Positions 1-10,702 are shown, counted from the first letter of the stretch. The stretch is DNA of 64,000 nucleotides from Candidatus Gottesmanbacteria bacterium (GCA_023245335.1 JAHFKK010000001.1:81918-145917); one strand, 5' to 3'. Made by a program: numbers and translations. Notes: generated from the letters alone by a model not told the origin.

Positions 1-3000
1 CCCGCAATGATTGCATCCACCGTACCGGGCACGGGAGATTGAACGTTCTGCTGGGGCCGGACGACATACCCGGACCGACGAAACACCGTCGTGATTGTTT
101 GCGCGGTTCGTTGTATCGCAGCGATAATCTGTCTCGGAATACCAACGATACGATTACGGAAATCCGCCAACTGCTGCTGCCTCTTTACCTGGCCTGCGTA
201 TGTTTCTACCGCTTTCTTCTGTCCGGAAAACGCATCGGTCAACAATTTTTTGCTCGCAGAACTCAGCACATTGTTCGCCTGTTCATTCGTGATGCCGGTT
301 GCTTTCGCCAGGGCTTCTATCGCAGCCATACGATCATCTGCAACGACTCCATCTACCATCTCGGATGAAAGAGTTCCGAAATCGTAGAGCGTCCGGGATG
401 TTATGTACCGGGAAGCCGCAGATTCATATCGGTCAATTGCCGATACGGCGTCCTTATATGCCGGTTGCTGCAATGATTCCGGAGATACTGACTGACCGGA
501 TCGTACCAACGCTTCTTTCAAACGAGCTTGTATGTCGCCCTGTCTCGCATCGGACAATTTCTTACCGGTTGTGACGTCCGTGACGCTGGTACCGAACTGT
601 GTCAATAATTGAGATATATTTTTACCCAATTGTTGATATTGAGATAATGACGAGGAATTCGGAGCTAACGCTTCTTTTCTCTCCCGGGCAGTGGCTATGC
701 CCGTTTCGTCCAATGTATAATCGCCGGCAGCGGTATGGATAGTCACCTTCGTCGCGGTTATGGGAAGCGAGACAAACGGCGTTGCCGCGTTGATTCGATT
801 TTCGGTCTTATTTCCTCCTACTGATTCCTCGACTGTCATCTGCGTGCCGTCGGTAATCGTGAGCGCCACATTATTCCCTTTTTGATCCCGCACGATAACC
901 ACATCTCCTATGGTCAAAATTCCTGCGGTTTTCTCATATGCCCGTGATTCCAACCCTGCCTGTTCCTTTTGAGCCGTAGAGACGAGATCCGCGCCAGTCA
1001 GCCATGCGGCAGCTGCCGACAAAAGCGTCACGCGATTGGTGGCCGATGCGGAACGGCCGGTATTGACCCGGTCAGCAATCGACAGAGCGCCTTTCAGCGT
1101 ATTCTGAACGACATTTGCCTGCGTGATCTGCTGTTGTTGCGCTTCCACTGCAGTTCTCGTCATGGTGATTCGTTTTTCATCCACCCTGCCGGGAGTCAAC
1201 TGGGGTTCGGAATCGGCAGTCACTGTTTTGTTATGTGCGCTGCGGTAACTTGCAAGATCTCCTTGGAGAAGCGGTGCGTCCCGACTGTCGCCGGTCAGTA
1301 CGGCGGCATAGGCAAGCGGGTCCGCGCCGCTTGGTACCCCCTGCAACGCATTGCGACTGGCGAGCATACGGTTATAGATGTCCGGCGCCATCTTTTGAAT
1401 CGCTTCAAGATACTTCGTATTTGCGGAATCGGCAAAAAGCTGCCGATAAAAATCGACATCTCGAATAAACGCCGCATTTCTGGCAGTCAGCGTTTTACTC
1501 ACCTGTGCCTCCGCTTCTTCCGGCGTTTTGGGAATACTGAGACGGGTATCGAGCGGCTTTTCTGACGTCGAAAGCGTGAGGAGTTTTTGAGAGAACCAGT
1601 TGGCGACATCCTGGGCGATCGGATCATTAATCTCGCCAAATATCATGGCTCCGTGCGCGAGTGGGCGGCGAGCGGCGAGTTCAAGCCCCAGGGTATTTGC
1701 CTGTGCCGCTTGCGTCTTCTCATATTGTAACTGAACTTCCAATGCATGATTTTTAAACTCGGCAAACTGTTCCGGTGTCCCGCTTGCCGCCGCAAAATCG
1801 GTAACACGCGGAGCGTTTTTGTCTGCAAGGATAAGCTGCTGTTGTGCAATTCCCCCGGTGCGATCCAAACGGCTCGCCGACTGCAAAACAAGGTATTCTG
1901 GAGCATCTGTCGTGGTGAGCAAGGCCCCTGGCACATTTTCTGGCGTACGGATATTAGCTCCTGTTGCTGACCCTCGGTCCAGTATGGTCACGAGATTAGA
2001 CTCCCCTGCCTTGTATCGGGCGGCTAATGCATCTGCCGAAATTTCCCACTTTGCTAACGGCTCGCCGTTCGCATCCAGGTATCCGTCGGCAACAGCGCCA
2101 TCTTTGGTATATTTCATCTCATATAGTTTTTCTCCTCCGTAGGCTATGACATAGGTTTTGGAAGGATCTGCTGTTCCTTTTGCGATGGCTTGAGCTACGT
2201 CTTGTGCGCTTACCTGCAAATCCCCTCCGATAGTAATTTTCAGATTTCCTTTCGCGTCGGCCGCGAAGCTTTTCGCATAGTTCCCTCTTCTAATTCCGTC
2301 AACAAGCGCATCCACCGCCTGATCCGGAGCTACGCGCATAAACCGGTCGGCCGAGAGTCTCGTCTCCGCTTTCCCGTTCACGATGATGCTATCCTCAAAC
2401 ACGCGTGAAAATGTTTCGCCTTCGACGCGGGTGGAAAACCGATAGGCATTTTCCAAAACTCCCAACGTACTGCCGAGGGTACCGGTCACCCCGCCGACCT
2501 GAATATCACCAAAGAGAATGCGTGCATCAGCAATAACATCAGCGACTGTTGATTGATACGACCGCTCTGGCGCAACGGTAAGGTTTTCGTAGTTCGGCGT
2601 CTGCCCGTACGCGTATGCTCCGATCGCCTCCATGGCAGCCTGAGTGCGCGCTGTATACGTTTGCTGCGGGCTGGCAACTCCGTCATTTGCGGGAATGGTT
2701 ACATACCGTCCCTGCGCTTTGTTATAGACTCGCTGATAATTCGTCTCTTTGGCAAGCGGGAGGTTTTTGGCCATTTCGTTCAGCGCGTTGAGCACTTCCT
2801 GAGACTGGTGCGCCTGTTCCACCGTGAGTCCTTGTTGCTTCCATGCTTCTTCCAAAACAGCCGGGTTATCCCGAAACCGTTCGCCCAATTCGGAGACTTT
2901 TCGGAGACTGTCTTTGGGCAATCCTAATTTTTCCTCCAGTTTAGGAAGGACCGTAGACAAAGCTTCTTCAGAAAACCGCGGGTCGTTCACATGCTCCGTT

Positions 3001-6000
3001 ATGTCAGCGCCCTCGGCTGTTTTGCCGATCACTCGATCAAACCCGTCTACAATAGCCTGTCCGATACCCGGTACCTTCTTCCAAGCTGTCGGGTCATCCA
3101 TAGCAAGGATTTTTGCGTCGGCAAGGACCTCCTCTACTCCTCTCGTCGGATCGGTAATGGATTTACCCACGACGACATTGGATTCGTTGTTGGCGGGATT
3201 AATCATGTGAGTCCCGGTATCCATGGCCAAATGAATCTCGTCGATATTAAACCCAACGTTTTTAAGAGCCGAAAAGTATGCGTGAATAATATTGGCTCGT
3301 GTGGCAGCATCAGGATACGTCATGGTCGCCATATTTCTGATAAACGGCAGATCAGATGGCTCTACAATAATTGCCTTCGCTTTGGCTATCTGTGCAGAAA
3401 CTTTCGCGATATCATCGGCATTCCCATGAAACAAATCCGCATTGAGCCGCACTACATCTTCGGCGTTGGGATACAAGTCTTTTACATAGCCCTCAAACGT
3501 CCCTGCCTGCCCGTTCCGGAACATGATGACTGCTTTTCGACCAAATACTTCGTTATTTATCCGTGCCATCGCGGTGAGGACCCAGGTTTTCCCCTGAGAG
3601 GTCCCCAACTCCAGCGCAACTCCGTCATTCGAAAGCAAACTCAAAACTGTCTGAAGCTGTTTCGGACGGAATGAACGGAAATCATCTTCCCTAAGTGTCA
3701 GGCGGTATTCAGTATCCCGGATGATATTTTCCAGCTTGAGTCGTGTGGATTCATCCAGAGATTTGAATACCGAGAGGTCAACCTCTGTGGATGCCCGAAG
3801 CGAGTTAGCAAGTTCGGTGTTACCCTCACTTTCTGCTTTTCCAATCTGCGTCGTGAGATCCAGTTGCTTCAGAAGACTCCGTACGGAAATATCAGCTCTG
3901 GCTAACTGATCGCTTCCTGTGCCGTAAATCTTTTCGAGCGCAGTATCGAGCTTCACCATCGCTGCATCATGCGCGGTAAGCACGTCAGTACGATCTACCG
4001 TCGGATCAGTGAGGTTTCTGTGCGCCGCGATAAGCTCATCAAACGCGCTGAGAGCTTCCGATATGTTTCCTTGAACGAATAATCCTTTGCGATCTGCCAA
4101 CGTCTTTGCAAATGTTTCACGGAGCGCATCCACAGAAGGGACCGTTTCCTCCGGAAGAATCTTTTTGAAATATCCTTTACTGATTTCATCTATTTGGGCA
4201 AGTCGTTGAGTCCGAAGCTCGGACTGAGGCCCTTCAACACCTGCTTCTGCTTGACGATCCGCTACCCGTTCCAGTACGTCTATAGATTTGAGGACACGTT
4301 CAAATTCCACCTGAGCGTTGGTTATACCTGCATATTTTTTCGCCTGCTCAGGCGAGATTCCCACACCGGCCTCCTTCAAAAGTTGAGCTTTGATTTGCAC
4401 GGCTTTTCTGTCCGAAAGCGCCGTGACATCGGCGGTAGCCGAGCGGGCAAAAAGTCGAGAAGTTAACTCTCTGAACTGGCCTCGGATACTACCTGCATCG
4501 GCGATTGACCGATTCAGCCCGTCAATTTTTGCGGTAATTTGCAATTCTTGCGCCCTGGTTGACGAAAGTTCCGCTATGGTGTTGGTGACTTCCGTCTGAC
4601 GCTGCGCCGCGCTGTTTCCTATGGCGACATCCCGCGAAGAAATCGCCTCCATCCGGTCAAGGGACTGTTGCGCCTGGACGACTAACTCCCGCGCTTTATT
4701 TATGACAGAAGTATCTGCATTGTTGGTGATAAGGTCGGCAAGTTGTTGTTGACGGGTGTTGAGCCCATCCGTCCGAGTTTTCAGCTCGGCCGCTATGTCT
4801 TCAGGTCGGGACAAGTACGTAATAGTTTCGGCTAATTGCGTATCCTTCTGACTGAGCGGCTCGAGTGATTTTTGTACGGTATCTATTTGGTCGGCATACC
4901 CTTTTTGCACCCCGGTATAGCCGGACGTTTCTATGGTCTTTTTGACTGAGGTCAGCGCATCCTTGGCTGCTTCATACTCGGGCGATCCCGGTTCGTGGAG
5001 CTTAGCGACTTCAACGAACGCCTTTTCTTCCGCCGAAAAGTCGTTCAATTTGGCGCTTCTGCCGACTGCTGCTGCCGCCTGATCACCCAACGATGTCAGT
5101 TTCGGCTTTGTCCGCAAGGCCTGTTCATCCGTCACGATCTTCTGCTGCCCCGTGATTGCTACCTGGAGCTTCTGCACCATGTCGGGCGTAATCGATTTTG
5201 TGATACGCCCCGTCGCATCCCGGACTGCGTCTTTGAGCGTCCCGTCGGGATTTACTGCGTCTTTCCACTCTTTCGTCAGATCAGCAAGCTTTTGTTCGGG
5301 TACGGTAAAGTCCTTTGCGTCTTTCGGTAACTCTTTGATGATTTCTTTCACGGCTTTGTTCGTCGAGCCGACGAGCTGTCCGGCGGACATAATACCCGCG
5401 CCGTACGTCTGCTGTGATTCGGTGAAAAGCTGCGCACGGTTGGCATTCGTGACTTCTACTGACTGCATGGCATACGACGATTTGCCGTTTGCATCCGTTA
5501 CCAATTTCAAATAGGTCACACTGCTTCCTTCCGGTGCTTTTTGGATATCTCCCATCGCAGTCAACGCCTGCTCCTGTACCTTCCAAGGATCAGCAAACTG
5601 TGCCTGCGATTTCTGCAGGGACTCGACAGCCGCATGTCCAAACGTGAGTCCGGCCATCATCGCAGTCGTATGACAACGCTCAGATGACAATCCTTCCGCC
5701 GCGCAAGCCGCAACAGCTAGACCCGTGTTCACTGCCTGATCTGCGGTCATCACTGTTCTACCGACCGCAGTTGCCGGATTGGTGAGGCTCGCAGGAAGAA
5801 CTGCCCGGGTCCCGGACACTATAGCTAGCCCCGCAGAAAGTAAGCAATCCGCATTAAATGCTCCGGTCTTTGAACACGTATTCAGCGCCTGCGCACCAAA
5901 TGTCGCTGTCCCCACGACATTAAGAGCACGCTGGGCAAGTGGGTTTGGCGAATCGGCCGAAAATACTTTGGCAATCAAGTTTGTCGCTTTTGTGCTATTT

Positions 6001-9000
6001 TGTGTCGCGGTTTCAAGGGCTTTCTTTGAGACTGTAGCTGCGGCCTCTGCTTCTGTCGCCCTAACTGTCGCGTCTGCAAAAGCATTCTTCGCGTTTTGTA
6101 CCGCAATCTGCGCGGCTTCCGCGACGGCCTGCGCTTCGGTAGCTGTCGCCTGCGCTGCTACATTCTCCACTGCTTTTGCCGCAGCGGCTTGTAGCCGTTC
6201 GGCTTCCACCTTTGCAAGATCGGCTGTCGCTTGTGCACTGGCGGCTTTGGCAGCTGCATCAGCTACTTCTTTTGTTGCATTACCGACCGCCAAAGCAGCC
6301 CCGTCCGCCTGGGAGGCAAGATTAGCAACCTTCACCATCTGGTTAAGACCTCCCACGGAAGATATTGCCGATCCACCCATAAAAACGAGCATACCCGTTG
6401 ACATCGAGCATGCGCCGGCATCCATATCTGCGTGGAACGTACATTTGGTCGCCACATCCGTCGCGGCCGACCCGGTCATCTGGATAGAAAGCGCCGATCC
6501 CGCGACGTTGAGAAGCGCCGGCAATGTTACCGCGCTTATCCCTGCTCTGACCAACGCACCACCGGGGATAACCAACGCAAGTCCGTCCGCAACCGGTTCG
6601 GCCATGCCCATGACGATCGCGCGGCCCTTGTCCAATGTTGTGGAATTGGGATCATGATACAAAAGGTTCGCCCGGACCGTATTCCCGTGAAAAAACTCAT
6701 TCCAACCCATTTGGAATGCAACGGTCGGGTTATTTTTTTTGAGATCGTCGAAGGCTTGGGCGGTACCGGTGACGTTGGGTACTGTTCCATCAAGAACTTG
6801 TTGGACCCCGATCGGTTTATCCGCCGAATTCATGAAAAACTTGAGGTGCTCCACACTGTCAGAACCGCTCATGAGTGCCGCGAGTTGGGTTTTTTGCCAT
6901 TGTTGGATCACTTTGGGATCGGTCGTCCCGAGTTTTTGACTCCACGTCGTGGCATATTGTTTTTCGATATCGGGGTCCAATCCGGAAACGTATGCATCCG
7001 CAAGCGCCGTCGCCTGCTGATATTTGACCTGATCGGTAATCGCAGCGAGCGCCCGTTGCGTCTGCGGAGCCAGCCCGCCCCGACCGCGGTTCGCCCCACT
7101 GTACTGCAACTGCGCCTGTTGATACGTCGCGTTTGCAGCGTCTAATTGCGCCTTGAGCTGATCGACGCTTCCCGTGCTGTGGAGTGCGGCATTGGTAACC
7201 CAACCGGGGTCGTATGCCAACAACTCCTTCGCGCCGCTTACCTGATATCCCCCGGCCCGCACATTGTCTTCCAACGCGTACACCGTCTCCAGACGGTGTA
7301 CCGCAAAATCCGCCATCGTCTTATGCGCGGGATCGGTAACAGTTTTTTGCCAGTCAGCGTATTCTTTTTTGAGGGACGGATCGTTATTGACTCCTTGTTC
7401 CAGCGTAGAGAGGCTATTGGGGTTCGTTTTGACGTTATAGTCAACTACGATTTTCGCCGCCTGTGTCTGTTGGGATTTCACGCCCTCGGGGTTGAGCCTG
7501 GAAGCTCCTCCGCTTGAAAACGAATCAAAGATACTTACAAGAGGCGACTTTATTTTATCCCCGAGACTAAACGTTGCCACCGCCTTTTCGACACTGCGGG
7601 TACCGGATAATAGATCATACAAATAGGCGTTTTCACTCTCCTGAGAATTCGGATGAACCAATCCGAGTTGCTCCAGCTTTGGTTTATTCTTGTAATACAA
7701 CTCCATCTCATGCGCCAGGTAATCTTCCGGGGTTTTCCCCTTGTTTTCAGCCAACCACTTCTGAGCTTCCGGATTCGTGGGCTGCGCCGCCAGGAACTGT
7801 TTTTTGGTATCCGGAGAAAGCAAGTCGACATACCCCTGCCCGTGTGTGCGGGCGACTCCGGGAAGTTCTCCCAACGTATTCTGTATGTTAATTTTTGAAG
7901 TCGTGTACAAATCAGAAACGCTAGTGGCGGCCCAGGTGCTAAAACTGGCCCCGGCAGTATTCAGGGAATGTATCCAACCGACCTTTCCTCCCGTCGCGGT
8001 ATCCAGTACCCCCGCGAGTGTCGGAAGTTTCGCGACGCTATTTATCGCTGCGGCCTGGCGGTTAGCCGCTTCCAAGGGAACAAATTTCCCCGCCTGCCAG
8101 TCCGAAACATTTTTCTCGAGCGTGCCGTCTGCTTTCCATACTTGCTCCATTTGCGTGATCGCTTGCTGATTTGCGATATCATAACCTTCTTTTTTCTGTT
8201 GCTCGGTCTGTACCCCGCCCCGCCCCATAGCGGCAAGCTCTTTTTCATACGTCACAAATTTTTGAGCATATGCACTGTCTTTGGGTACCTCATCCACTAG
8301 CGGTTTCGGCTGTATTTGCTTAATCGTACTATCCGCCTGTGCCTGTAAACTACCGGGCAATCTCCCACGGAAATTTGCGAGAAAAGCATCTCTACTTTTT
8401 TCGTCCGTACAGGTCTGACAGAGCTCCTGAAGCTTTTTGGGGTCAACGCTCGCTGCGACATAATTCTGAAAATCTTTGCTTAACTGAATATCCGCATTTG
8501 CCTGTTCGAGATCCGCTGTTTTTAAGCTTGCCCGCATCGTTGCCAAAAATGCTTGTTTCTTGGCAGCGGTATCACAGTATGAACCGCATTGTCTGACAAG
8601 TTCATCGTCGGAGAGACTTGCATTTTTATAGTTTGATATATTGTTATATCGTGTGACAACATCAGTGGCCCAGGCAGAATTGACTTTCTTAAGATTATCA
8701 ATCACTCCAAATGCGTTCTCGCTGCACTGATCCCTCTCTCCTTTGTCCGTAGCACCGCCACAAGCTCCCCGTGCCTGTGCGTAATCATAAAGGTATTTAT
8801 TTTGGATATAGTCCGAAAAACCTTTATCCAGCTCTGATGTATCTGCTCCGTAGTAGCCGTCCGTTTGCTTAAACGCCTGACTCATGAGCGACTGTATATC
8901 GGCACATGCCGCCGCTCCTTTGCCATTTTTATTCTCGCAGCCGGCCAGCAGTTCTTTTTGTTTGTAATACTCAGTGGCTGCATTTCCTGCGACGGTCTGA

Positions 9001-10022
9001 TTAAGTCGTTCTACTCCGGCAGAAGAAATCTGCGCATCAGTTAGCCCGACGGCCACGAGCGCTTGTTTGGCTTGCGCCAACTGCTTACTCAGGGAGGCGC
9101 ACTCGGATGAGCCTCCTGCCGATTTGACGCATCGGTCATAAAACTGGGTGTTGAGATCAAAATACGTCTGCAGTTTCGGCTGTATGATGTTCTGATTTTG
9201 CTGTTCTATCCCGGCGGCAGAAATTTGTTCCTGGGTTAACCCGGCAGCAAGGAGCGCCTGTCTGGCTTGAGTAAGCTGGGTTCCAAGCGCCGAACATTGG
9301 GAAGAACCTCCCCCTGACTTGACGCAAGTATCGTAAAATTGAGTATTAAGATCAAAATAAGTCTGCAGTTCTTTCTGATGCGTGGTGGTAAGGCTCGTTT
9401 TGTTGTACAGGTACTGCAGATCCTTTTGTGACGGCCCTCCTGCGCTTTCCGATACGGGATAATACTTACCGTTGGGCGCCTTATAAAAACCGGAAACATC
9501 GACGCCGGACGCACATCCGCCGCCAGTTTTACAATCGTATCCGGTCCTGTTCTGTTCGGCATCCGAATTTTTAATTTGATCGAGCGTATATCCGCCTCTG
9601 GTATCCGGTGATGAAGCCGCCGGCGAATTTGATGCGCCGTCACCATTTCCTGAACCCCCGACCGACGGATTATTCTGAGTTGCCTGCTGCGCATTGATAT
9701 CCTGCGAGAGTTTCATCTGGCATTTATCACCGGCGTCCGAATTTCCTAACGCATCGCATCCCTTTCTTCGTGCCGCAATATCGTTGGTAGTTAGCTTGGG
9801 CGCCGGAGGGTACGCTTGATCATCTTTTTGTTTTGGGGGGCTTTCTCCTCCGGGTCCACCTGAACCTGAAGGGGGTGGTTTCGATGCCGGAGCCGGGGGC
9901 GCATGGACACACCCACTTCCTTTACACCCGTTCTCTATTTTCCATTTTGCGCCACCTGATGCGAAATTTCGTATATCCGCTATTTGCGGCAACCCCCCCA
10001 CTCGCCAAACGATAATTCCCAT
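1..10022 (-). CDS. Giant membrane-anchored surface protein of at least 3,340 aa, hypothetical. It is 3'-truncated by the window edge, and the true start may be an upstream TTG (10121) or GTG (10202/10220).
   Basis: By manual reverse-complement translation, one minus-strand frame (codons phased to 10022) stays open from the stop at 10227-10229 down to position 1. The ORF track omits it because no stop lies inside the window, the same behaviour it shows for edge-truncated copA. No + strand ORF above 300 aa exists across these 10 kb. The N-terminus is a hydrophobic anchor (...KSGFIPVWSLLLLAVFVVSMGIIVW). It carries Cys-containing tandem modules (QTYFDLNTQFYD[TR]CVKS[GA]GGSS.C) and an Ala-rich helical tract (AAKAASAQATADLAKVEAERLQAAAAKAV...). 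The manual translation may contain individual base-reading errors. Confidence 0.6.
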   Translation of the reverse strand, partial: MGIIVWRVGGLPQIADIRNFASGGAKWKIENGCKGSGCVHAPPAPASKPPPSGSGGPGGESPPKQKDDQAYPPAPKLTTNDIAARRKGCDALGNSDAGDKCQMKLSQDINAQQATQNNPSVGGSGNGDGASNSPAASSPDTRGGYTLDQIKNSDAEQNRTGYDCKTGGGCASGVDVSGFYKAPNGKYYPVSESAGGPSQKDLQYLYNKTSLTTTHQKELQTYFDLNTQFYDTCVKSGGGSSQCSALGTQLTQARQALLAAGLTQEQISAAGIEQQNQNIIQPKLQTYFDLNTQFYDRCVKSAGGSSECASLSKQLAQAKQALVAVGLTDAQISSAGVERLNQTVAGNAATEYYKQKELLAGCENKNGKGAAACADIQSLMSQAFKQTDGYYGADTSELDKGFSDYIQNKYLYDYAQARGACGGATDKGERDQCSENAFGVIDNLKKVNSAWATDVVTRYNNISNYKNASLSDDELVRQCGSYCDTAAKKQAFLATMRASLKTADLEQANADIQLSKDFQNYVAASVDPKKLQELCQTCTDEKSRDAFLANFRGRLPGSLQAQADSTIKQIQPKPLVDEVPKDSAYAQKFVTYEKELAAMGRGGVQTEQQKKEGYDIANQQAITQMEQVWKADGTLEKNVSDWQAGKFVPLEAANRQAAAINSVAKLPTLAGVLDTATGGKVGWIHSLNTAGASFSTWAATSVSDLYTTSKINIQNTLGELPGVARTHGQGYVDLLSPDTKKQFLAAQPTNPEAQKWLAENKGKTPEDYLAHEMELYYKNKPKLEQLGLVHPNSQESENAYLYDLLSGTRSVEKAVATFSLGDKIKSPLVSIFDSFSSGGASRLNPEGVKSQQTQAAKIVVDYNVKTNPNSLSTLEQGVNNDPSLKKEYADWQKTVTDPAHKTMADFAVHRLETVYALEDNVRAGGYQVSGAKELLAYDPGWVTNAALHSTGSVDQLKAQLDAANATYQQAQLQYSGANRGRGGLAPQTQRALAAITDQVKYQQATALADAYVSGLDPDIEKQYATTWSQKLGTTDPKVIQQWQKTQLAALMSGSDSVEHLKFFMNSADKPIGVQQVLDGTVPNVTGTAQAFDDLKKNNPTVAFQMGWNEFFHGNTVRANLLYHDPNSTTLDKGRAIVMGMAEPVADGLALVIPGGALVRAGISAVTLPALLNVAGSALSIQMTGSAATDVATKCTFHADMDAGACSMSTGMLVFMGGSAISSVGGLNQMVKVANLASQADGAALAVGNATKEVADAAAKAASAQATADLAKVEAERLQAAAAKAVENVAAQATATEAQAVAEAAQIAVQNAKNAFADATVRATEAEAAATVSKKALETATQNSTKATNLIAKVFSADSPNPLAQRALNVVGTATFGAQALNTCSKTGAFNADCLLSAGLAIVSGTRAVLPASLTNPATAVGRTVMTADQAVNTGLAVAACAAEGLSSERCHTTAMMAGLTFGHAAVESLQKSQAQFADPWKVQEQALTAMGDIQKAPEGSSVTYLKLVTDANGKSSYAMQSVEVTNANRAQLFTESQQTYGAGIMSAGQLVGSTNKAVKEIIKELPKDAKDFTVPEQKLADLTKEWKDAVNPDGTLKDAVRDATGRITKSITPDMVQKLQVAITGQQKIVTDEQALRTKPKLTSLGDQAAAAVGRSAKLNDFSAEEKAFVEVAKLHEPGSPEYEAAKDALTSVKKTIETSGYTGVQKGYADQIDTVQKSLEPLSQKDTQLAETITYLSRPEDIAAELKTRTDGLNTRQQQLADLITNNADTSVINKARELVVQAQQSLDRMEAISSRDVAIGNSAAQRQTEVTNTIAELSSTRAQELQITAKIDGLNRSIADAGSIRGQFRELTSRLFARSATADVTALSDRKAVQIKAQLLKEAGVGISPEQAKKYAGITNAQVEFERVLKSIDVLERVADRQAEAGVEGPQSELRTQRLAQIDEISKGYFKKILPEETVPSVDALRETFAKTLADRKGLFVQGNISEALSAFDELIAAHRNLTDPTVDRTDVLTAHDAAMVKLDTALEKIYGTGSDQLARADISVRSLLKQLDLTTQIGKAESEGNTELANSLRASTEVDLSVFKSLDESTRLKLENIIRDTEYRLTLREDDFRSFRPKQLQTVLSLLSNDGVALELGTSQGKTWVLTAMARINNEVFGRKAVIMFRNGQAGTFEGYVKDLYPNAEDVVRLNADLFHGNADDIAKVSAQIAKAKAIIVEPSDLPFIRNMATMTYPDAATRANIIHAYFSALKNVGFNIDEIHLAMDTGTHMINPANNESNVVVGKSITDPTRGVEEVLADAKILAMDDPTAWKKVPGIGQAIVDGFDRVIGKTAEGADITEHVNDPRFSEEALSTVLPKLEEKLGLPKDSLRKVSELGERFRDNPAVLEEAWKQQGLTVEQAHQSQEVLNALNEMAKNLPLAKETNYQRVYNKAQGRYVTIPANDGVASPQQTYTARTQAAMEAIGAYAYGQTPNYENLTVAPERSYQSTVADVIADARILFGDIQVGGVTGTLGSTLGVLENAYRFSTRVEGETFSRVFEDSIIVNGKAETRLSADRFMRVAPDQAVDALVDGIRRGNYAKSFAADAKGNLKITIGGDLQVSAQDVAQAIAKGTADPSKTYVIAYGGEKLYEMKYTKDGAVADGYLDANGEPLAKWEISADALAARYKAGESNLVTILDRGSATGANIRTPENVPGALLTTTDAPEYLVLQSASRLDRTGGIAQQQLILADKNAPRVTDFAAASGTPEQFAEFKNHALEVQLQYEKTQAAQANTLGLELAARRPLAHGAMIFGEINDPIAQDVANWFSQKLLTLSTSEKPLDTRLSIPKTPEEAEAQVSKTLTARNAAFIRDVDFYRQLFADSANTKYLEAIQKMAPDIYNRMLASRNALQGVPSGADPLAYAAVLTGDSRDAPLLQGDLASYRSAHNKTVTADSEPQLTPGRVDEKRITMTRTAVEAQQQQITQANVVQNTLKGALSIADRVNTGRSASATNRVTLLSAAAAWLTGADLVSTAQKEQAGLESRAYEKTAGILTIGDVVIVRDQKGNNVALTITDGTQMTVEESVGGNKTENRINAATPFVSLPITATKVTIHTAAGDYTLDETGIATARERKEALAPNSSSLSQYQQLGKNISQLLTQFGTSVTDVTTGKKLSDARQGDIQARLKEALVRSGQSVSPESLQQPAYKDAVSAIDRYESAASRYITSRTLYDFGTLSSEMVDGVVADDRMAAIEALAKATGITNEQANNVLSSASKKLLTDAFSGQKKAVETYAGQVKRQQQLADFRNRIVGIPRQIIAAIQRTAQTITTVFRRSGYVVRPQQNVQSPVPGTVDAIIA

Positions 10023-10390
10023 GGAAACGACAAATACGGCAAGAAGGAGAAGCGACCATACTGGGATAAATCCGGATTTTGTTTCTTTTTTACTATATCT
10101 ATCTATAAAGAAATAGAACAAGTGGGAGGATTTTTGAAGATCTTGCAGGCAAGTTGATATATTCTTTTTTGTACTCTTAATCGCTGTGTTTGATGAATCC
10201 ACGTTGAAACGGCAAATCACCCGGTGTCACCAAACCAGCCTCGCATAGACGTGAGTCTAGGCGGGCCCCCTATAACATCAGGTGCTGTATTATTACTATG
10301 ATGAAATATAGCTATAAGTGTCAATAGCCTAGTTGAAAGTCAAAATTAGGGTGTTGACATTTCACGAAAACCGCGCGAAACTAAAAATTA

Positions 10391-10609
10391 ATGAAACGAA
10401 AACACGTTTCCCATCATCGACACCAAGCAGTCAGAGTTACCCGAACGGCTAAACCGAAAGAGCATTACCTTGTTGTCGTCCGGAGTTGGATGCTTCTGGT
10501 CATGTTTGCTCTCATGCTCGGTCTTGGAGCAGTCGTAGGCACATATCTCAACCAGCAGTCATCGGCTAATACCCCCACAGTTGCCGGAGTACAAACTGAA
10601 GCAAAGTAA
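10391..10609 (+). CDS. Small hypothetical membrane protein, 72 aa, with a basic N-terminus followed by one TM segment.
   Basis: ATG-start ORF MKRKHVSHHRHQ...LLVMFALMLGLGAVVGTY, followed directly by an intrinsic terminator. No recognisable family. Confidence 0.4.
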   Translation: MKRKHVSHHRHQAVRVTRTAKPKEHYLVVVRSWMLLVMFALMLGLGAVVGTYLNQQSSANTPTVAGVQTEAK

Positions 10610-10630
10610 TAACTGGGAATCAATAAAAAA

Positions 10631-10657
10631 CAGGAAGCCGTAAGGCTTCTTTTTTTA
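10631..10657. terminator. Bidirectional rho-independent terminator hairpin (GGAAGCC GTAA GGCTTC) with a T-run on the + strand and T-rich sequence on the minus strand.
   Basis: The sequence caggaagccgtaaggcttctttttttat is seen directly. On the minus strand the same stem is followed by ctgttttttatt. Confidence 0.6.
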
Positions 10658-10702
10658 TGGCCGTGCCACACGTAGCTCCGACTGAAAGTCGAGAGCGAAG
10701 TG
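10658..10702 (-). repeat. Conserved 45-nt tRNA 3'-trailer element, copy 1 of 2. The second copy is at 10852..10896.
   Basis: tggccgtgccacacg[t/g]agctccgactgaaagtcgagagcgaagtgtgg is identical in both copies except for one base, and each copy sits immediately 3' of a different tRNA-Ala gene. On the transcribed strand it can fold as CCACAC...GTGTGG, enclosing an inner CTCCGAC/GTCGAG hairpin. Confidence 0.6.

Noticed and set aside
5779-6657. Ala-rich ORF of 292 aa on the + strand (MVRLAGRTARV...AAAS...).
   Set aside because: It lies antisense to the giant minus-strand ORF, exactly over its Ala-rich GC-biased tract. The low-complexity poly-Ala/Ser composition is a typical shadow ORF. The same reasoning applies to 2991..3674 +, 6432..7145 + and 969..1565 +.
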